A DNA stretch of 61,998 nucleotides from a virus (IMGVR_UViG_3300033233_000039:1-61998); one strand, 5' to 3'; shown: positions 1 through 11,355, counted from the first letter of the stretch. Numbers and translations: made by a program. Notes: a model not told the origin generated them from the letters alone.

Positions 1-2
1 AA

Positions 3-344
3 GAGCTATTCAAAGAACAACAAGATGAGAAAATTATATTAATTAAAGAGAATTTCGACACAGAAGTATCTAAGGGAGTTAAAGTTACTATTGATGGTGT
101 TATCTATCATATGGACTGTGATATCAAGGATTGTCTGTCTCTTAAGCAAGGAATAGAAATATCTGAGTCCTATAATGATACTGCAATACAATTAACCGAT
201 TATAACAATATAGTAACTGAAGTATCTATCGATAATGCGAAAACTATAAATCAAGAACAATATAAATACTTCATGGCACTAAGAAATAATAAATGCTTAT
301 TGGTATCACAAACCATTCAAGAAGAATTACAGGAGTTAGTATAA
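3..344 (+). CDS. Tail fibre assembly-like protein (DUF4376-like), 5'-truncated by window
   Basis: Frame open from base 3; directly upstream of tail-collar gene. Confidence 0.5.
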   Translation, partial: ELFKEQQDEKIILIKENFDTEVSKGVKVTIDGVIYHMDCDIKDCLSLKQGIEISESYNDTAIQLTDYNNIVTEVSIDNAKTINQEQYKYFMALRNNKCLLVSQTIQEELQELV

Positions 345-345
345 C

Positions 346-1410
346 ATGGGAAATCCAATTAAACTGATGGGGGCTAGTACCCTAACAAATGATTTATCAG
401 CTACTCCTGATCCATCAACATTTTCGGTTGATAAGATTTCAACAGATTTTATTAACAATAATGATATTGCCTTTGCTCAGAATGGTATGGATTTTCATGT
501 ATATAAAGTTGTTACCTATGGAACAAATGTACCTGAAAGTTTACCTTTAGTGATAAAGCCAAATGATGAGGGTATTGGATATAAACGATGGTCATTAATG
601 AATTTATATACCAATGGCATGGCAACAAATTCATTGTCTGGTATTGATGGTTCTATTGATATTGTTGATGATGTGATGTTGTCTGCTACACTATCAGCTA
701 CATATATTGATACACCAACAGCTACTATAGATTCGTTAACATCTACAACGATAGCATCCAATACAGTAAACGCATCTAATGCAACTATTACAACACTTGG
801 TTCTACTACTGCCACATTAACAAATGCAAATATTACTACATTCACTAATAAGCCAAGTGGTATTACACCAACTTCTGATGCTCATATAGCTACTAAAAAA
901 TATATAGATGATCAAATTGCTGCATTATCTGCTAGTCGTGGTGTTCCTATTGGTTGTGAAATGTTCTGGCCAGCTGGTACTACACCACCAGATGGTTGGA
1001 AGGAAGAGAATGGCGATCTATTAAGTACAACCACATATGCAACATTGTTTGCTCTTATTGGTTATACATATGGTGGTTCTGGTCCTTCATTCAAGTTGCC
1101 AGACCCAAGAGGTAAATATATCAGTGTTTGGGATCACGGTGCTGGTATTGATCCAGACCGGGGAACCCGAACAAAACCAGTCGGTGGGTCCGGTGCTATT
1201 GGTGACTATGTTGGTAATGAACAAGCAAGCCAGAATAAGAGTCACACACACCCTCATAATATAAACTCCGATAGCGTTGGGGGTGTTCAATACTCGTTAT
1301 ATGGTCCGGTTGATAATGTATCAAATCCACTAAATCTCATAGGTTATGAGGGTGGAACAAACGCAAGACCATTAAATACATCAAGAATGATGATTATCAA
1401 AGTTCTATAA
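346..1410 (+). CDS. Tail fibre protein with tail collar domain
   Basis: VPIG...PDGW...NG...YATLFALIGYTYGG...FKLPDPRG collar motif; ATKKYID motif. Confidence 0.85.
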   Translation: MGNPIKLMGASTLTNDLSATPDPSTFSVDKISTDFINNNDIAFAQNGMDFHVYKVVTYGTNVPESLPLVIKPNDEGIGYKRWSLMNLYTNGMATNSLSGIDGSIDIVDDVMLSATLSATYIDTPTATIDSLTSTTIASNTVNASNATITTLGSTTATLTNANITTFTNKPSGITPTSDAHIATKKYIDDQIAALSASRGVPIGCEMFWPAGTTPPDGWKEENGDLLSTTTYATLFALIGYTYGGSGPSFKLPDPRGKYISVWDHGAGIDPDRGTRTKPVGGSGAIGDYVGNEQASQNKSHTHPHNINSDSVGGVQYSLYGPVDNVSNPLNLIGYEGGTNARPLNTSRMMIIKVL

Positions 1411-1425
1411 TATAAGGAATATACG

Positions 1426-4400
1426 ATGGCACGTAATCACGTATGGCAATATCTCATTAATGAGCAAGGTCAACCAATACAAGGGGCTACAATACAGGTC
1501 TATAAGGCAGGTACTGAAACTGTGGCTAATATATTCCACAGTGAACGTGGTGGTTCTGCTGATACTGTTGGTCAAGTAACCACACTATCAAATGGTTTCT
1601 TTGAGTTCTGGATTGCTGATAGCTCCGAAGTTGGAGGTCATATATCAACTCAGAAGTTTAAGATTGCTTGGGATAAGGCTGGTGTTATCAAAGGATACAT
1701 TGACTATGTTGATGTATTCGGCTTTACATCATCTTACTATCCTGTTGAATTGGGAAATACTGATAATGTATTTGATAAGTCTATATCAAATCTATTAGGA
1801 ACTACATGGAATCAACACGTAGAATCAACACACTCTGAAAGTCCTCATGGAATTCAATCAGTAAATATTACTGATAATGATACCACTATGAATAAGTTGG
1901 TATCTAATAATCAGATGCTAACGATCTACGATGCTATCGGCGGTATTATAGGTGGAACAACAGAGAATTTTACTGTTGATAACCTAACAGTAAATCAAAG
2001 TGCATTCTTTACTAATGCCCCATCTGGCGGTGAGCCAGTTTTAAATAACCAATATGCAACAAAGAATTATGTTGATAATTATCAATCTACATCAAGTGTG
2101 TATAACATTAAAGTTGGGTATCATGCCCTTTTTGATAATACAACCGGAGATTATGATGTTGCTATAGGGTATGGAGCACTAAAATCAAATACAGAAGGTC
2201 AATATAATACCGCCATAGGTGCATATGCATTATATGACAATACAACTGGTTATGATAATGCTGCAATAGGTTATGAGGCACTTATACATAATACCTTTGG
2301 GTTTGGTAATACAAGTGTTGGTTATCGTTCATTACACTCCAACCTAACAGGAAATTATAACATTGCTGTTGGTTACAACACATTGTATGGAAATCAAGAT
2401 GGTAATGATAACATAGCATTGGGTTTTCAAGCACAACAATCAAGAACATCAGGAAATGATAATATTGCAATTGGTGCTGCTGCTCTTACTTCTAATATTA
2501 ACGGTGGAAAAAACACTGCGATAGGTGTTGGTGCTTCTGGTTTAAATACTGGCTCTGGTAATGTTTCTGTTGGTTATAAGGCCGGTAGAAGCGATGCCTC
2601 AAGCAATCATTTATGGATTGGAAATGATGATAATGGTGGCGGGACATATCTCAACACTTGGTTGTATGGTGATGAGTCATATAATATCACCATTCCTAAC
2701 GGTAGTTTTACTGCGGGTGATGCATACATTACCACATTAACATCAACAAATGTCGATGCATTGTCTGGCTCATTTGATTATCAATCCATTACCACGGCTG
2801 ATATTCTTACACTAAATAGCACATATACTAATGTGTTAAGTGGCTCTTATAGTCACCTTATCGCAACTGATGCTCATATATCTACATTATCTATTCCTGT
2901 TAGTGGTCAGACACCAACACTTGCAGCACACCTAACAACTAAAGCATATGTTGATTCAGCCGATAATCTCAAATTAAACCTGTTGACTGCAACAGAAAAC
3001 AATGTCCCTACAGGATTCGTTGATCAAACAACAAGCACTTTGTCATTAGCTGAGAACTTTGGTGCTGTAAATGATACATTCAAAGTTACTATTACAGGAA
3101 CTAACTTCCCTGTATACATCAATGGTATACGCCACCTAAAGAATACTGAATCAGTAACTCAGGTAGCTGCTACATCAAAGAGATACTTCATTTACTATGA
3201 CTCAATAACTAAATTGCTAACTGTATCTGGAACGGTCTGGAACATTGAATCGGAAAATTACGATGGTATGGCGTTTGTCTGTACTGTTCTTTGGGATGCT
3301 GTAAATCATCAAGGCATTCTTGAAGAAGAAAGACATCACTCTTGGAGAGATATTCATTGGCATCATTGGGCGCATCATTCAGTTGGGCCTCAATACAGCA
3401 CAATTCATCACGCAGATGCATTCGCCTTAACGAATCCCGGTGCTAATCAGTATGCTACATTCTCTATAGCAGCTGGTAACGTATATGATGAAGATATCAG
3501 CAACGATATGTCTAGTGCTGCAACCACATGTAATCTATTCATGCATCATACCGATGGTACAATGAAATGGGTCAAAGGTTCAGTTGCCCCTTATTATGCT
3601 CCTGCTGGTATACCTCAGTATGACACTGTAACTGGTCCTGCTCCTATCACTGGTAACAACACCAATGGATATTTTGTGTCTTGGGTGTATGGAACTAATG
3701 GTACTGGAGCAAATACAAATAGCAAGATTGCTATAGTTGTTGGTCAGAATACGACAACTACTATGACACTGACTCAAGCTCAGAATGTATCGTTCCCAAC
3801 ACTACCTGTTGGATTCATCATTGAGTGGAAGTTACTCTACAAGATGATATTCAGATATGGCACAGGCAGTGTTCTAACCTGGATAAGTAACCAAGATTAT
3901 AGACTATCTGGTTCTATTCCAAATGGACAGACACCTATATCAAATGTATCAGCTGCTTCTGTTTCTAATACCCCTTATGATGGTATCACCGCAGTAGATG
4001 TTCAAACGGCGATTAATCAGATTGCAGACAAATTAACAACCGTAAACTATAATGTTGCATCGATAATGACAGCCCAATCTTATACAGGGACCGCCGCCGA
4101 TTTACAGATTTTAGGTGGAACCGATCTAGTTGTTACCGAAAATGCTGGGGCGTATAATGATGGCACTTCCGAGCCATTAAGAGTAACTTTGACATTTGAT
4201 TCGGTTGTATCTTTTAATAAAGTCCATTTACATTATCGTTACTATAGAGTTTCAAGCTCTACAACACATACCGTCAATTTAGAAATCTGGAACAAAACAA
4301 CTACGCTCTGGGATAGTATTTTGTCACCTATCTCTAATAATACCTCCTCACTTCAAAATGTTACTTGGAACACTGAAGACAGTGTAAATTATATAGACAC

Positions 4401-5094
4401 ATCGAATAGCAATAGAGTAAAGATACGATTTAATCATACATCAACAGGTAATACGTCAGATAGATTAGAAATCGACCACGCTATTCTAGTTCATGGATTA
4501 TCTGGTGGAGAAGTTGTTACAAGTCATCAAGGACTTTCTGATAGGGATTTAGCGAATCAGCATCCAGCAACTTCAATCACCAATACTCCAGCCGGTTTAA
4601 TTTCATCTACCGATGTGCAGACCGCATTAAACGAACTTGATACAGAAAAGGTTGCTCTTGCTGGTATACCAGGTGGTCAGACTATCAATGGTGGTACAGC
4701 AGCAAGTGAGAACCTAACTCTATCAAGTACTGCACACGGCACTAAGGGTATAATCACTCTTAACTCATTAACAACCATTGTTGGTCAATACGACACAAGA
4801 GTTACATTTACTCCATTAGTAACTGGTGCTATCAGTCTTAATTACGCTACTGGAAACGGTAAATATATTGATGCATCTGGTATCTCAGCAGGTCAGACAT
4901 TAACTGTTACAACTACAGGATGGCCAGATGGATTCTGTATGTTGACTCTTGTTATTGATACAGGAGCTAACATACCAACAGTTACCGTTGATGGTCAAAC
5001 AGTAAGCCTGAATGCTTCAAAAGAACATTGGTTGACACTATGCAGGAAGTCTAGTGGTGCAACTACAAGAATCTCTCCTGCATTGGTGTATTAA
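1426..5094 (+). CDS. Long tail fibre/adhesin-like protein
   Basis: 1222 aa; NTAIGxxAL-type 14-aa repeats, ATKxYVD and DVQTAxxE fibre motifs. Confidence 0.75.
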   Translation: MARNHVWQYLINEQGQPIQGATIQVYKAGTETVANIFHSERGGSADTVGQVTTLSNGFFEFWIADSSEVGGHISTQKFKIAWDKAGVIKGYIDYVDVFGFTSSYYPVELGNTDNVFDKSISNLLGTTWNQHVESTHSESPHGIQSVNITDNDTTMNKLVSNNQMLTIYDAIGGIIGGTTENFTVDNLTVNQSAFFTNAPSGGEPVLNNQYATKNYVDNYQSTSSVYNIKVGYHALFDNTTGDYDVAIGYGALKSNTEGQYNTAIGAYALYDNTTGYDNAAIGYEALIHNTFGFGNTSVGYRSLHSNLTGNYNIAVGYNTLYGNQDGNDNIALGFQAQQSRTSGNDNIAIGAAALTSNINGGKNTAIGVGASGLNTGSGNVSVGYKAGRSDASSNHLWIGNDDNGGGTYLNTWLYGDESYNITIPNGSFTAGDAYITTLTSTNVDALSGSFDYQSITTADILTLNSTYTNVLSGSYSHLIATDAHISTLSIPVSGQTPTLAAHLTTKAYVDSADNLKLNLLTATENNVPTGFVDQTTSTLSLAENFGAVNDTFKVTITGTNFPVYINGIRHLKNTESVTQVAATSKRYFIYYDSITKLLTVSGTVWNIESENYDGMAFVCTVLWDAVNHQGILEEERHHSWRDIHWHHWAHHSVGPQYSTIHHADAFALTNPGANQYATFSIAAGNVYDEDISNDMSSAATTCNLFMHHTDGTMKWVKGSVAPYYAPAGIPQYDTVTGPAPITGNNTNGYFVSWVYGTNGTGANTNSKIAIVVGQNTTTTMTLTQAQNVSFPTLPVGFIIEWKLLYKMIFRYGTGSVLTWISNQDYRLSGSIPNGQTPISNVSAASVSNTPYDGITAVDVQTAINQIADKLTTVNYNVASIMTAQSYTGTAADLQILGGTDLVVTENAGAYNDGTSEPLRVTLTFDSVVSFNKVHLHYRYYRVSSSTTHTVNLEIWNKTTTLWDSILSPISNNTSSLQNVTWNTEDSVNYIDTSNSNRVKIRFNHTSTGNTSDRLEIDHAILVHGLSGGEVVTSHQGLSDRDLANQHPATSITNTPAGLISSTDVQTALNELDTEKVALAGIPGGQTINGGTAASENLTLSSTAHGTKGIITLNSLTTIVGQYDTRVTFTPLVTGAISLNYATGNGKYIDASGISAGQTLTVTTTGWPDGFCMLTLVIDTGANIPTVTVDGQTVSLNASKEHWLTLCRKSSGATTRISPALVY

Positions 5095-5096
5095 TT

Positions 5097-8000
5097 ATGA
5101 TGACTCCTGGTTTACTCAGAAACAACAATAGCACATTCTGGCCTTCTGATTACAACTTGAATCAGAGAGCGGGTACTAATCCTATTTTGTTTACTAGAGC
5201 TTCAAGGTATTTTGGACTTGACGGGTTTGGTAAACTAATTGAAACTTCTTCTGGAAGTTCTGCATATCCGGGGATGAGAGCAGTTACCAACCTATGCACA
5301 AATTCCAATCCTTCATATACTGCTGGAGGATCGACTCCCCCAACAGTGACTAATGGTGTTGTCTATCTAGGGAAGGTATGCACCAAGATAGATTTTCCAA
5401 GTGGTTCTGGTGGGTACAGTATTTCGAGAGCTAATAGTTCATATATATGGACAGGAATATTAGGTAGATCATACAGACATTCTTTGAGTATTGTAATGGG
5501 CAGAGCGTTGACTTCTGGTGAAGCAATGGTATCATATCATACTGGAGCAAATGGTCTATTTCAAATATTTGAGACATTTACAAACCATTCTACTTCATGG
5601 AGAAGACGTTCTTATCCAACAGCTGATATATGTGTTGTTTCAGGACCAAACTTCTCTAGTATATGTATATCTAACTTGAATGCACCATTAACTGTATATG
5701 TTTGTGAGATACAGGTTCAAGATGTTACTGGGATAGATGACGGAGTGCCTAGCGAATACGTTGCAACTACTTCAGAATCAGTAACTCAATTCTTTCCCTA
5801 TGCCAATCCGATGTCACTAAATTCTTACACTGCCACAGATTCTGGTGTTAGAACAATGCTTGCTGGAAACAATGGTTTTATATCTGAACCTTCAGCAACT
5901 AATCTATGTACTTGCTATAGTACTCCTGGTGCTGATCAATTGGGAACGGAATTAGTTACCAATGGAACTTTCTCATCTGATACTGGTTGGACGCACAATA
6001 GTGGTTGGACTTTGGGTGGAACGGTTGCCGCTGTCAATGTCGCAACTAACACACCCTTATACCAAGGATTAGCTACAACTATTGGTAAAGTTTACCGAAT
6101 AACCTATACAATATCAGGATATTCATCTGGTTCAGCAATACCTTTTATTGGTGGTACTCAGACAGGAACTACTAGATCAGGTAATGGAACATATACCGAG
6201 GATATAGTTTCTAATACTGCTTCTAGCACTTGTGGAATTACAACACCCGTAAGCACTACCTCTGTATTCTCAATTGATGATTTTTCAATCAAAGAAGTAG
6301 GTGGAACTAACTCTGTTACAGGTGCTTTCGTTTCTGGATTAGGTACTGGTTGCAAAGCTGTTACTGGAAATCTTGTTATTCCGGGTATTAATGTAATATC
6401 AGGAGATGCAGCCGCTTTCTTGACTATCGTAGCAGACTTAACGGCAGTAACTACGATGGGTGACAATAGTATAATGCCATCAGGTAAGGTTTATAAATTT
6501 GATAACAGTGCAGGTTCTACCGTTGCTTATTTTGATCTAACTGGAGTAATAAATACAACCAATGCAGGTATAGTCTCTCTTGTTGCAAGAGCGTCTGCTG
6601 GTTCTGGTTATTTCAAAACTGATTATGACGGTGGAAATACTGCCATATCTAGCTCGGCATACTCAAGATTATCAAGAGTTCCGTCTTTGACAAATACTCA
6701 GTCAAGAGTAAGAATGGTAGCTAATGCAAATTCAGTGATTTATTTCTATATGCCTCAGTTTGAGGATTTAGCGATGACTGTTCCAACATCTTATATACCA
6801 ACAAATGGAGCAACTGCAAGTAGAAGTGCAACTAAGTATTACACACCAACATTAAGAAATCTAGCTTATGCCGGTTATAGAGTTATTGATTTAAATTGGA
6901 CTCCTTTGGCAGTAGTTGTAGGTACTGAAGTGTGTTTATGGTCAAGTTACACTGATGCAAGCAACTACATCAAAATATCCAACAATGGTGTTATTACTTT
7001 TTTTGAGAAGAGAGTTGCTGGAGTTTCTGAATTCGTTACAATTGATCACGTTCCTGTAAGTGGAACAACTGCGTTAGTAACTGGCATCATATATCCTAAC
7101 AACACTTTGGGATTATTTGTTAATGGGGTTAGTGCTAATGCTGGATTAGGAAGTGAGTTGATTACAGTTGCTGCTGATAGAGACTTTAGTTCTGATACTG
7201 GATACTGGACAAAATCAACTGGAACAACTATAACTGCTGGCGTGTGCAGACTAACTTCTGTTGCCACCTCTTTATCTGCTATATCAAAAACAACTTTAAA
7301 GACAGTTAACCTCTGTTATCAGAGTTCTGCTATAATTTCAGGATATGTTGCTGGATCAATTTATATGTGTAATGGAACATACCCATTTTCCGCAAATGGA
7401 ACATACACGAGGTCTAATATTACAACAGTCTCAACAGAGAATTATAGCACAAGTGGTACGACAACACTAGATATTGATGATGTATCACTTAAACAAATCT
7501 TCAACAACTCCACCACAACTCCCGTAGTTCTTGGATCAACCATTGAGATAGGAAGTTTTAACGCTGGTAATGTTACTTATGGACAATTCAAGAACATCAG
7601 AATGACTTCTGATACCTTTGGAAGAAACAATTGGCCTCTTGGTTACTCAGGAGTTTCATCAACTGGCGCACCTACACCTGTTTATACAAGAAACAGTTTA
7701 TATTTTGGATTGGATGAGAATAGCAAAATGGGTGTTACATCATCTAATAGTCCAAGTTATGATGGGATGAGAAGTGTTACAAATAAATGCACATCCTTTG
7801 AAGGATTAAATTGGACTGCTGCCGGTTCAACACCACCAACTGTTGATAGCAACTCTATCTCATATTTAGGAAAGAACTCTGTTAAAGTTACTTTTCCAAC
7901 TAATTCTGGAGGTTGGGCGATATCACGAATTTCATTGCCAACACCAATAGCAACTGCCATAGTTGGTAGAACTTATAGATTAACAAAATCGTTGGTATTC

Positions 8001-9911
8001 AGTAGAAACTTAACAGGATCAGAATCATTAGATATATTTTGTTCATCATCAGGTGGAGGAGCAGCGTTTATATTAGGATCGGTTACTTCTTCAACTGATA
8101 TAACAACATGGAAAAGAGTGTCACCAGCTATTGTTAGTGCTTTTCCTTTTGCTGGAAATGTTTCATTTGGTGTATCCGTAGGCGGTGCTTTACTATCTCC
8201 AATAACCATTTATATGAGTGAAGAGCAATGGGAAGATGTAACAGGTATAACAAATCAGAATCCAAGTGAGTATGTAACTTTTAACACAACTCAATATTTT
8301 CCATATCAGAATCCAATGTCTGTAGATGGAAACGGTGTTGTAACTGACTCTGGTGTTAGAACTATGTTAACTGCTGGTAAAGGGCAAGTATCTGAATCTT
8401 CAGGTATCAATGTTTGTACTTGTTATAGTACTCCAGGCGCAGATCAGTTGGGTACACTAATCAATTCTGGTAGCACAGTTGTTGGTAAGGTATACAAGAT
8501 AGCAAGTAGAACTTCAGTTGATTTCACTCTTGCTGGTGCAGCAAACAATAATGTTGGAACGCAGTACACCTGTACGCTTGCTCAAACGATGACTGCCAAC
8601 GATACCGTTAATGAAGTAGGTGGAACTAACTCTATTACGGGTGCATTCGTTTCTGGTTTAGGTACTGGTGCTAAATCCAACAATGTAACAGGGTTAGTTG
8701 TACCTGGATTTGTGTTATTCTCAAATAATGTCACTCTAACGGTTGTTGATGATACTGCTGCTTTAGCTAGTTCCCCACTTTCAGGATTTTCAGGAACAAA
8801 ATGCTATGAAGCTACTTCAGTTGGCGGTGATGGAGGAGTTCTTATACCTGGGGTATTTGCTACAGGTGTTGGCTCTATTTCAATATATGCTAGAGCCGTT
8901 TCAGGACCATCTACATCAGGGTTGACTTTAAGTAATGGAGCCGGTTCAAAGATTATAACATCAAGCTCATATGCAAGAATTAGTTCTGAAAATTTAACGA
9001 CCACTGCTGGTCAAACATCTGAACTATGGGTAACGAGTGGGTCAACTATTAGATTCTGTTGTCCACAAACTGAACAATCAGCTACATCTACTTCAATAAT
9101 GCCAACAAATGGAGCAACAGGAAGCAGAAGTGCAACTAAATCAGTCTTGACAACTGCTGCTGTAATGCCAACATCTGGTAATAGAGTTATCTCTGTTAAA
9201 GTTACACCTAAGTTTGTAAATAGTACAGTAATGCAAAATTGGTTTGGATCATATAGTGATTCCAACAACTACGTTTGTGGCTGGTATAATAACCAAGGAG
9301 TGTATGTTCAAAAAACTGTAGCAGGTGTTAATGAGTTTGCTTGTTGGTATGGAACATTAGTTGTTGGAACAACATATACATTTACTGCTGTTATTCTTCC
9401 AGATAATACTGTGATGGTTATGGTTGATAGTGTTGGTGGTTTGACAGGAATAGGCTCCAATGTTGCCGTTGATCCCGGTTTTGATAGTGATCCAAGTTGG
9501 TTGAAAGATGATGGTACTTGGGTAGTTGGTTCTAGTGTTGGTACAGGAACTTTATCATCCACTTCACTTTATCAAACCAATGGATCAATTACAACCGGCA
9601 AGGTATATCAATTAGATATTGATGTATTAACTAGAACAGCGGGTACACTACTATTAACAATAGGTGGAACTTCTTGCATTTCCGCATCTAGTACTACTGG
9701 TCATAAGACTGGTTCTAATATCGCGGCAATAAATCAAAATATGAACGTGATAGGGGCGGGTTTCTCAGGAACTGTTGATAACTTCACTTGTTGTTTAGTT
9801 AACAATAACACAACAACACTAGCTCCTGTGTTTGGAACAACAATAGAAATAGGTAGTATGAACTCAACAAACGTAGCAAATGCAAATATTAAACTCTTGG
9901 AGATTGGATAA
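5097..9911 (+). CDS. Large virion fibre/receptor-binding protein with internal duplication
   Basis: 1604 aa Ser/Thr/Gly-rich; two homologous halves; carbohydrate-binding-like modules; PTSYIPTNGA motif. Confidence 0.7.
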   Translation: MMTPGLLRNNNSTFWPSDYNLNQRAGTNPILFTRASRYFGLDGFGKLIETSSGSSAYPGMRAVTNLCTNSNPSYTAGGSTPPTVTNGVVYLGKVCTKIDFPSGSGGYSISRANSSYIWTGILGRSYRHSLSIVMGRALTSGEAMVSYHTGANGLFQIFETFTNHSTSWRRRSYPTADICVVSGPNFSSICISNLNAPLTVYVCEIQVQDVTGIDDGVPSEYVATTSESVTQFFPYANPMSLNSYTATDSGVRTMLAGNNGFISEPSATNLCTCYSTPGADQLGTELVTNGTFSSDTGWTHNSGWTLGGTVAAVNVATNTPLYQGLATTIGKVYRITYTISGYSSGSAIPFIGGTQTGTTRSGNGTYTEDIVSNTASSTCGITTPVSTTSVFSIDDFSIKEVGGTNSVTGAFVSGLGTGCKAVTGNLVIPGINVISGDAAAFLTIVADLTAVTTMGDNSIMPSGKVYKFDNSAGSTVAYFDLTGVINTTNAGIVSLVARASAGSGYFKTDYDGGNTAISSSAYSRLSRVPSLTNTQSRVRMVANANSVIYFYMPQFEDLAMTVPTSYIPTNGATASRSATKYYTPTLRNLAYAGYRVIDLNWTPLAVVVGTEVCLWSSYTDASNYIKISNNGVITFFEKRVAGVSEFVTIDHVPVSGTTALVTGIIYPNNTLGLFVNGVSANAGLGSELITVAADRDFSSDTGYWTKSTGTTITAGVCRLTSVATSLSAISKTTLKTVNLCYQSSAIISGYVAGSIYMCNGTYPFSANGTYTRSNITTVSTENYSTSGTTTLDIDDVSLKQIFNNSTTTPVVLGSTIEIGSFNAGNVTYGQFKNIRMTSDTFGRNNWPLGYSGVSSTGAPTPVYTRNSLYFGLDENSKMGVTSSNSPSYDGMRSVTNKCTSFEGLNWTAAGSTPPTVDSNSISYLGKNSVKVTFPTNSGGWAISRISLPTPIATAIVGRTYRLTKSLVFSRNLTGSESLDIFCSSSGGGAAFILGSVTSSTDITTWKRVSPAIVSAFPFAGNVSFGVSVGGALLSPITIYMSEEQWEDVTGITNQNPSEYVTFNTTQYFPYQNPMSVDGNGVVTDSGVRTMLTAGKGQVSESSGINVCTCYSTPGADQLGTLINSGSTVVGKVYKIASRTSVDFTLAGAANNNVGTQYTCTLAQTMTANDTVNEVGGTNSITGAFVSGLGTGAKSNNVTGLVVPGFVLFSNNVTLTVVDDTAALASSPLSGFSGTKCYEATSVGGDGGVLIPGVFATGVGSISIYARAVSGPSTSGLTLSNGAGSKIITSSSYARISSENLTTTAGQTSELWVTSGSTIRFCCPQTEQSATSTSIMPTNGATGSRSATKSVLTTAAVMPTSGNRVISVKVTPKFVNSTVMQNWFGSYSDSNNYVCGWYNNQGVYVQKTVAGVNEFACWYGTLVVGTTYTFTAVILPDNTVMVMVDSVGGLTGIGSNVAVDPGFDSDPSWLKDDGTWVVGSSVGTGTLSSTSLYQTNGSITTGKVYQLDIDVLTRTAGTLLLTIGGTSCISASSTTGHKTGSNIAAINQNMNVIGAGFSGTVDNFTCCLVNNNTTTLAPVFGTTIEIGSMNSTNVANANIKLLEIG

Positions 9912-9913
9912 TT

Positions 9914-10258
9914 ATGAAACTACACGCAAAGCTTAAAACACCGGTAATAGACAACGATTGGTCAGTTCCTCTTAGAAATGCTGCATTGGAACTACAAGTT
10001 CTTAACACTTATTCCGGTGGGAACTCAGAACTTGATGTTAATGGGAATCCAAAATTCCCAAGACCAATTACATGTAACCCTGATTCAACTGATATTAATG
10101 GGTTTATTGGTGAGATGAATGGACTACCAGATGCTGATGGTTATGTTGAGGTCGTTGTTGGTAACTATGAATACATTGATCTTGACTTCTTACCAGCACA
10201 ACCAACTACTTTCTCATTGGTACTTGGTTATCATCCAACTGCTGGAAAGATTATATGA
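9914..10258 (+). CDS. Hypothetical protein (fibre-associated)
   Basis: ORF tightly coupled to fibre gene. Confidence 0.6.
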   Translation: MKLHAKLKTPVIDNDWSVPLRNAALELQVLNTYSGGNSELDVNGNPKFPRPITCNPDSTDINGFIGEMNGLPDADGYVEVVVGNYEYIDLDFLPAQPTTFSLVLGYHPTAGKII

Positions 10259-10551
10259 TTGTCAGGATTTGTGTACTTTTATCACTTTTGATAATGTTAG
10301 CTACAAATTCTCTCGCTTTTGCCCTAGATAAGAACAAACATATAATTGCAGGAGCTATTATAGGAGTATCATTTACTTCTTTTTCTAATCCAAAAGTAGG
10401 ATCATTGGCTTCATGCTCTGCTGGTTTGGGTAAAGAAATTTATGACGCCACAGGAAGAGGTACACCTGATGTTAATGACTTTGCATTCACTTGTGCTTCT
10501 GGTGTGTTATCATCATATATACTTTATTACATAAAAGAGAAAATAAAATGA
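10255..10551 (+). CDS. Membrane protein, YfiM/DUF2279-like
   Basis: Signal peptide, DKxKH...GLGKEIYD...D motif. Confidence 0.55.
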   Translation: MIVRICVLLSLLIMLATNSLAFALDKNKHIIAGAIIGVSFTSFSNPKVGSLASCSAGLGKEIYDATGRGTPDVNDFAFTCASGVLSSYILYYIKEKIK

Positions 10552-10928
10552 AGACAATAATATTTTTATTTGTTATACTAATATCAACCACCTGTTTAGC
10601 TGCTGATGGGTTTGTGTCATTTGAGTTTAGGGATGGTAATAGTTCATCATATCCAAATGGTGGTATAGCTAAATGGAGAACAGAAATTGAGGTTGGGCAG
10701 ACTTTCGATAGTGGATTTAGACCTTGGACAAGTGTTAGTACATTAATGGATAGATATGGTTCTGGTACTTTTCATCCAAGTAGTGTTGATTATAGAATTG
10801 GCCTCGACTATAAATACAAGTATATTTTAATATCTGGAAAGCATGTCTGCTGGCATCCGATAGATGAATCTGGTGATACTCAGGTTTGGAATGGTTTGGA
10901 ATTTAAATATCTTTTCTCTGATAAATAA
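10548..10928 (+). CDS. Secreted/outer-membrane beta-rich protein
   Basis: Signal peptide MKTIIFLFVILISTTCLA; alternating beta pattern; start moved to ATG 10548. Confidence 0.5.
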   Translation: MKTIIFLFVILISTTCLAADGFVSFEFRDGNSSSYPNGGIAKWRTEIEVGQTFDSGFRPWTSVSTLMDRYGSGTFHPSSVDYRIGLDYKYKYILISGKHVCWHPIDESGDTQVWNGLEFKYLFSDK

Positions 10929-10941
10929 TAAGGATGATACT

Positions 10942-11196
10942 ATGAACTTTAGCAGTTGGTTAAAGAAAAGTGGTGATAGAGATGAAGTTTCACATGCATC
11001 TACCAAGCAATTCAGGAAAGCTCTTGATGATCTTGATAAAGCATTGAGATTGATTTATAGAGAGTTTCCTGGTGTTGATAGAGAGCTTAGAGAAATGCAG
11101 TTTATTGATTATGCTAAAGACACTCCACAACGAATTATAGATCAACTATATAGAATACCTGAGTATGTTGATAAAATGAATTGGGAAGAACAATGA
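10942..11196 (+). CDS. Hypothetical protein, capsid-targeting-like N-terminus
   Basis: AGGA RBS, MNFSSWLKK; TATAAATA at 10809. Confidence 0.55.
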   Translation: MNFSSWLKKSGDRDEVSHASTKQFRKALDDLDKALRLIYREFPGVDRELREMQFIDYAKDTPQRIIDQLYRIPEYVDKMNWEEQ

Positions 11197-11351
11197 AAAA
11201 ATTATTTAAGCAGTTTTTACAAGATGATGCTGTTATATCAACGGGTATAGCTACCAATACAGCTGGGACCAGTGGAGAAACTTCGCAAGGCAAAATTCCA
11301 AAGACTTTAAAATTTGACAAGTGGATCAACGACAACAAAAATGACAAATAG
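11193..11351 (+). CDS. Small hypothetical protein (52 aa, not in ORF track)
   Basis: ATGA overlap; MKKLFKQFLQDD... Confidence 0.5.
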   Translation: MKKLFKQFLQDDAVISTGIATNTAGTSGETSQGKIPKTLKFDKWINDNKNDK

Positions 11352-11355
11352 ATGA

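Noticed and set aside
516-9562. Minus-strand ORFs inside the fibre genes
   Set aside because: Antisense shadows of codon-biased genes, with no RBS or motifs
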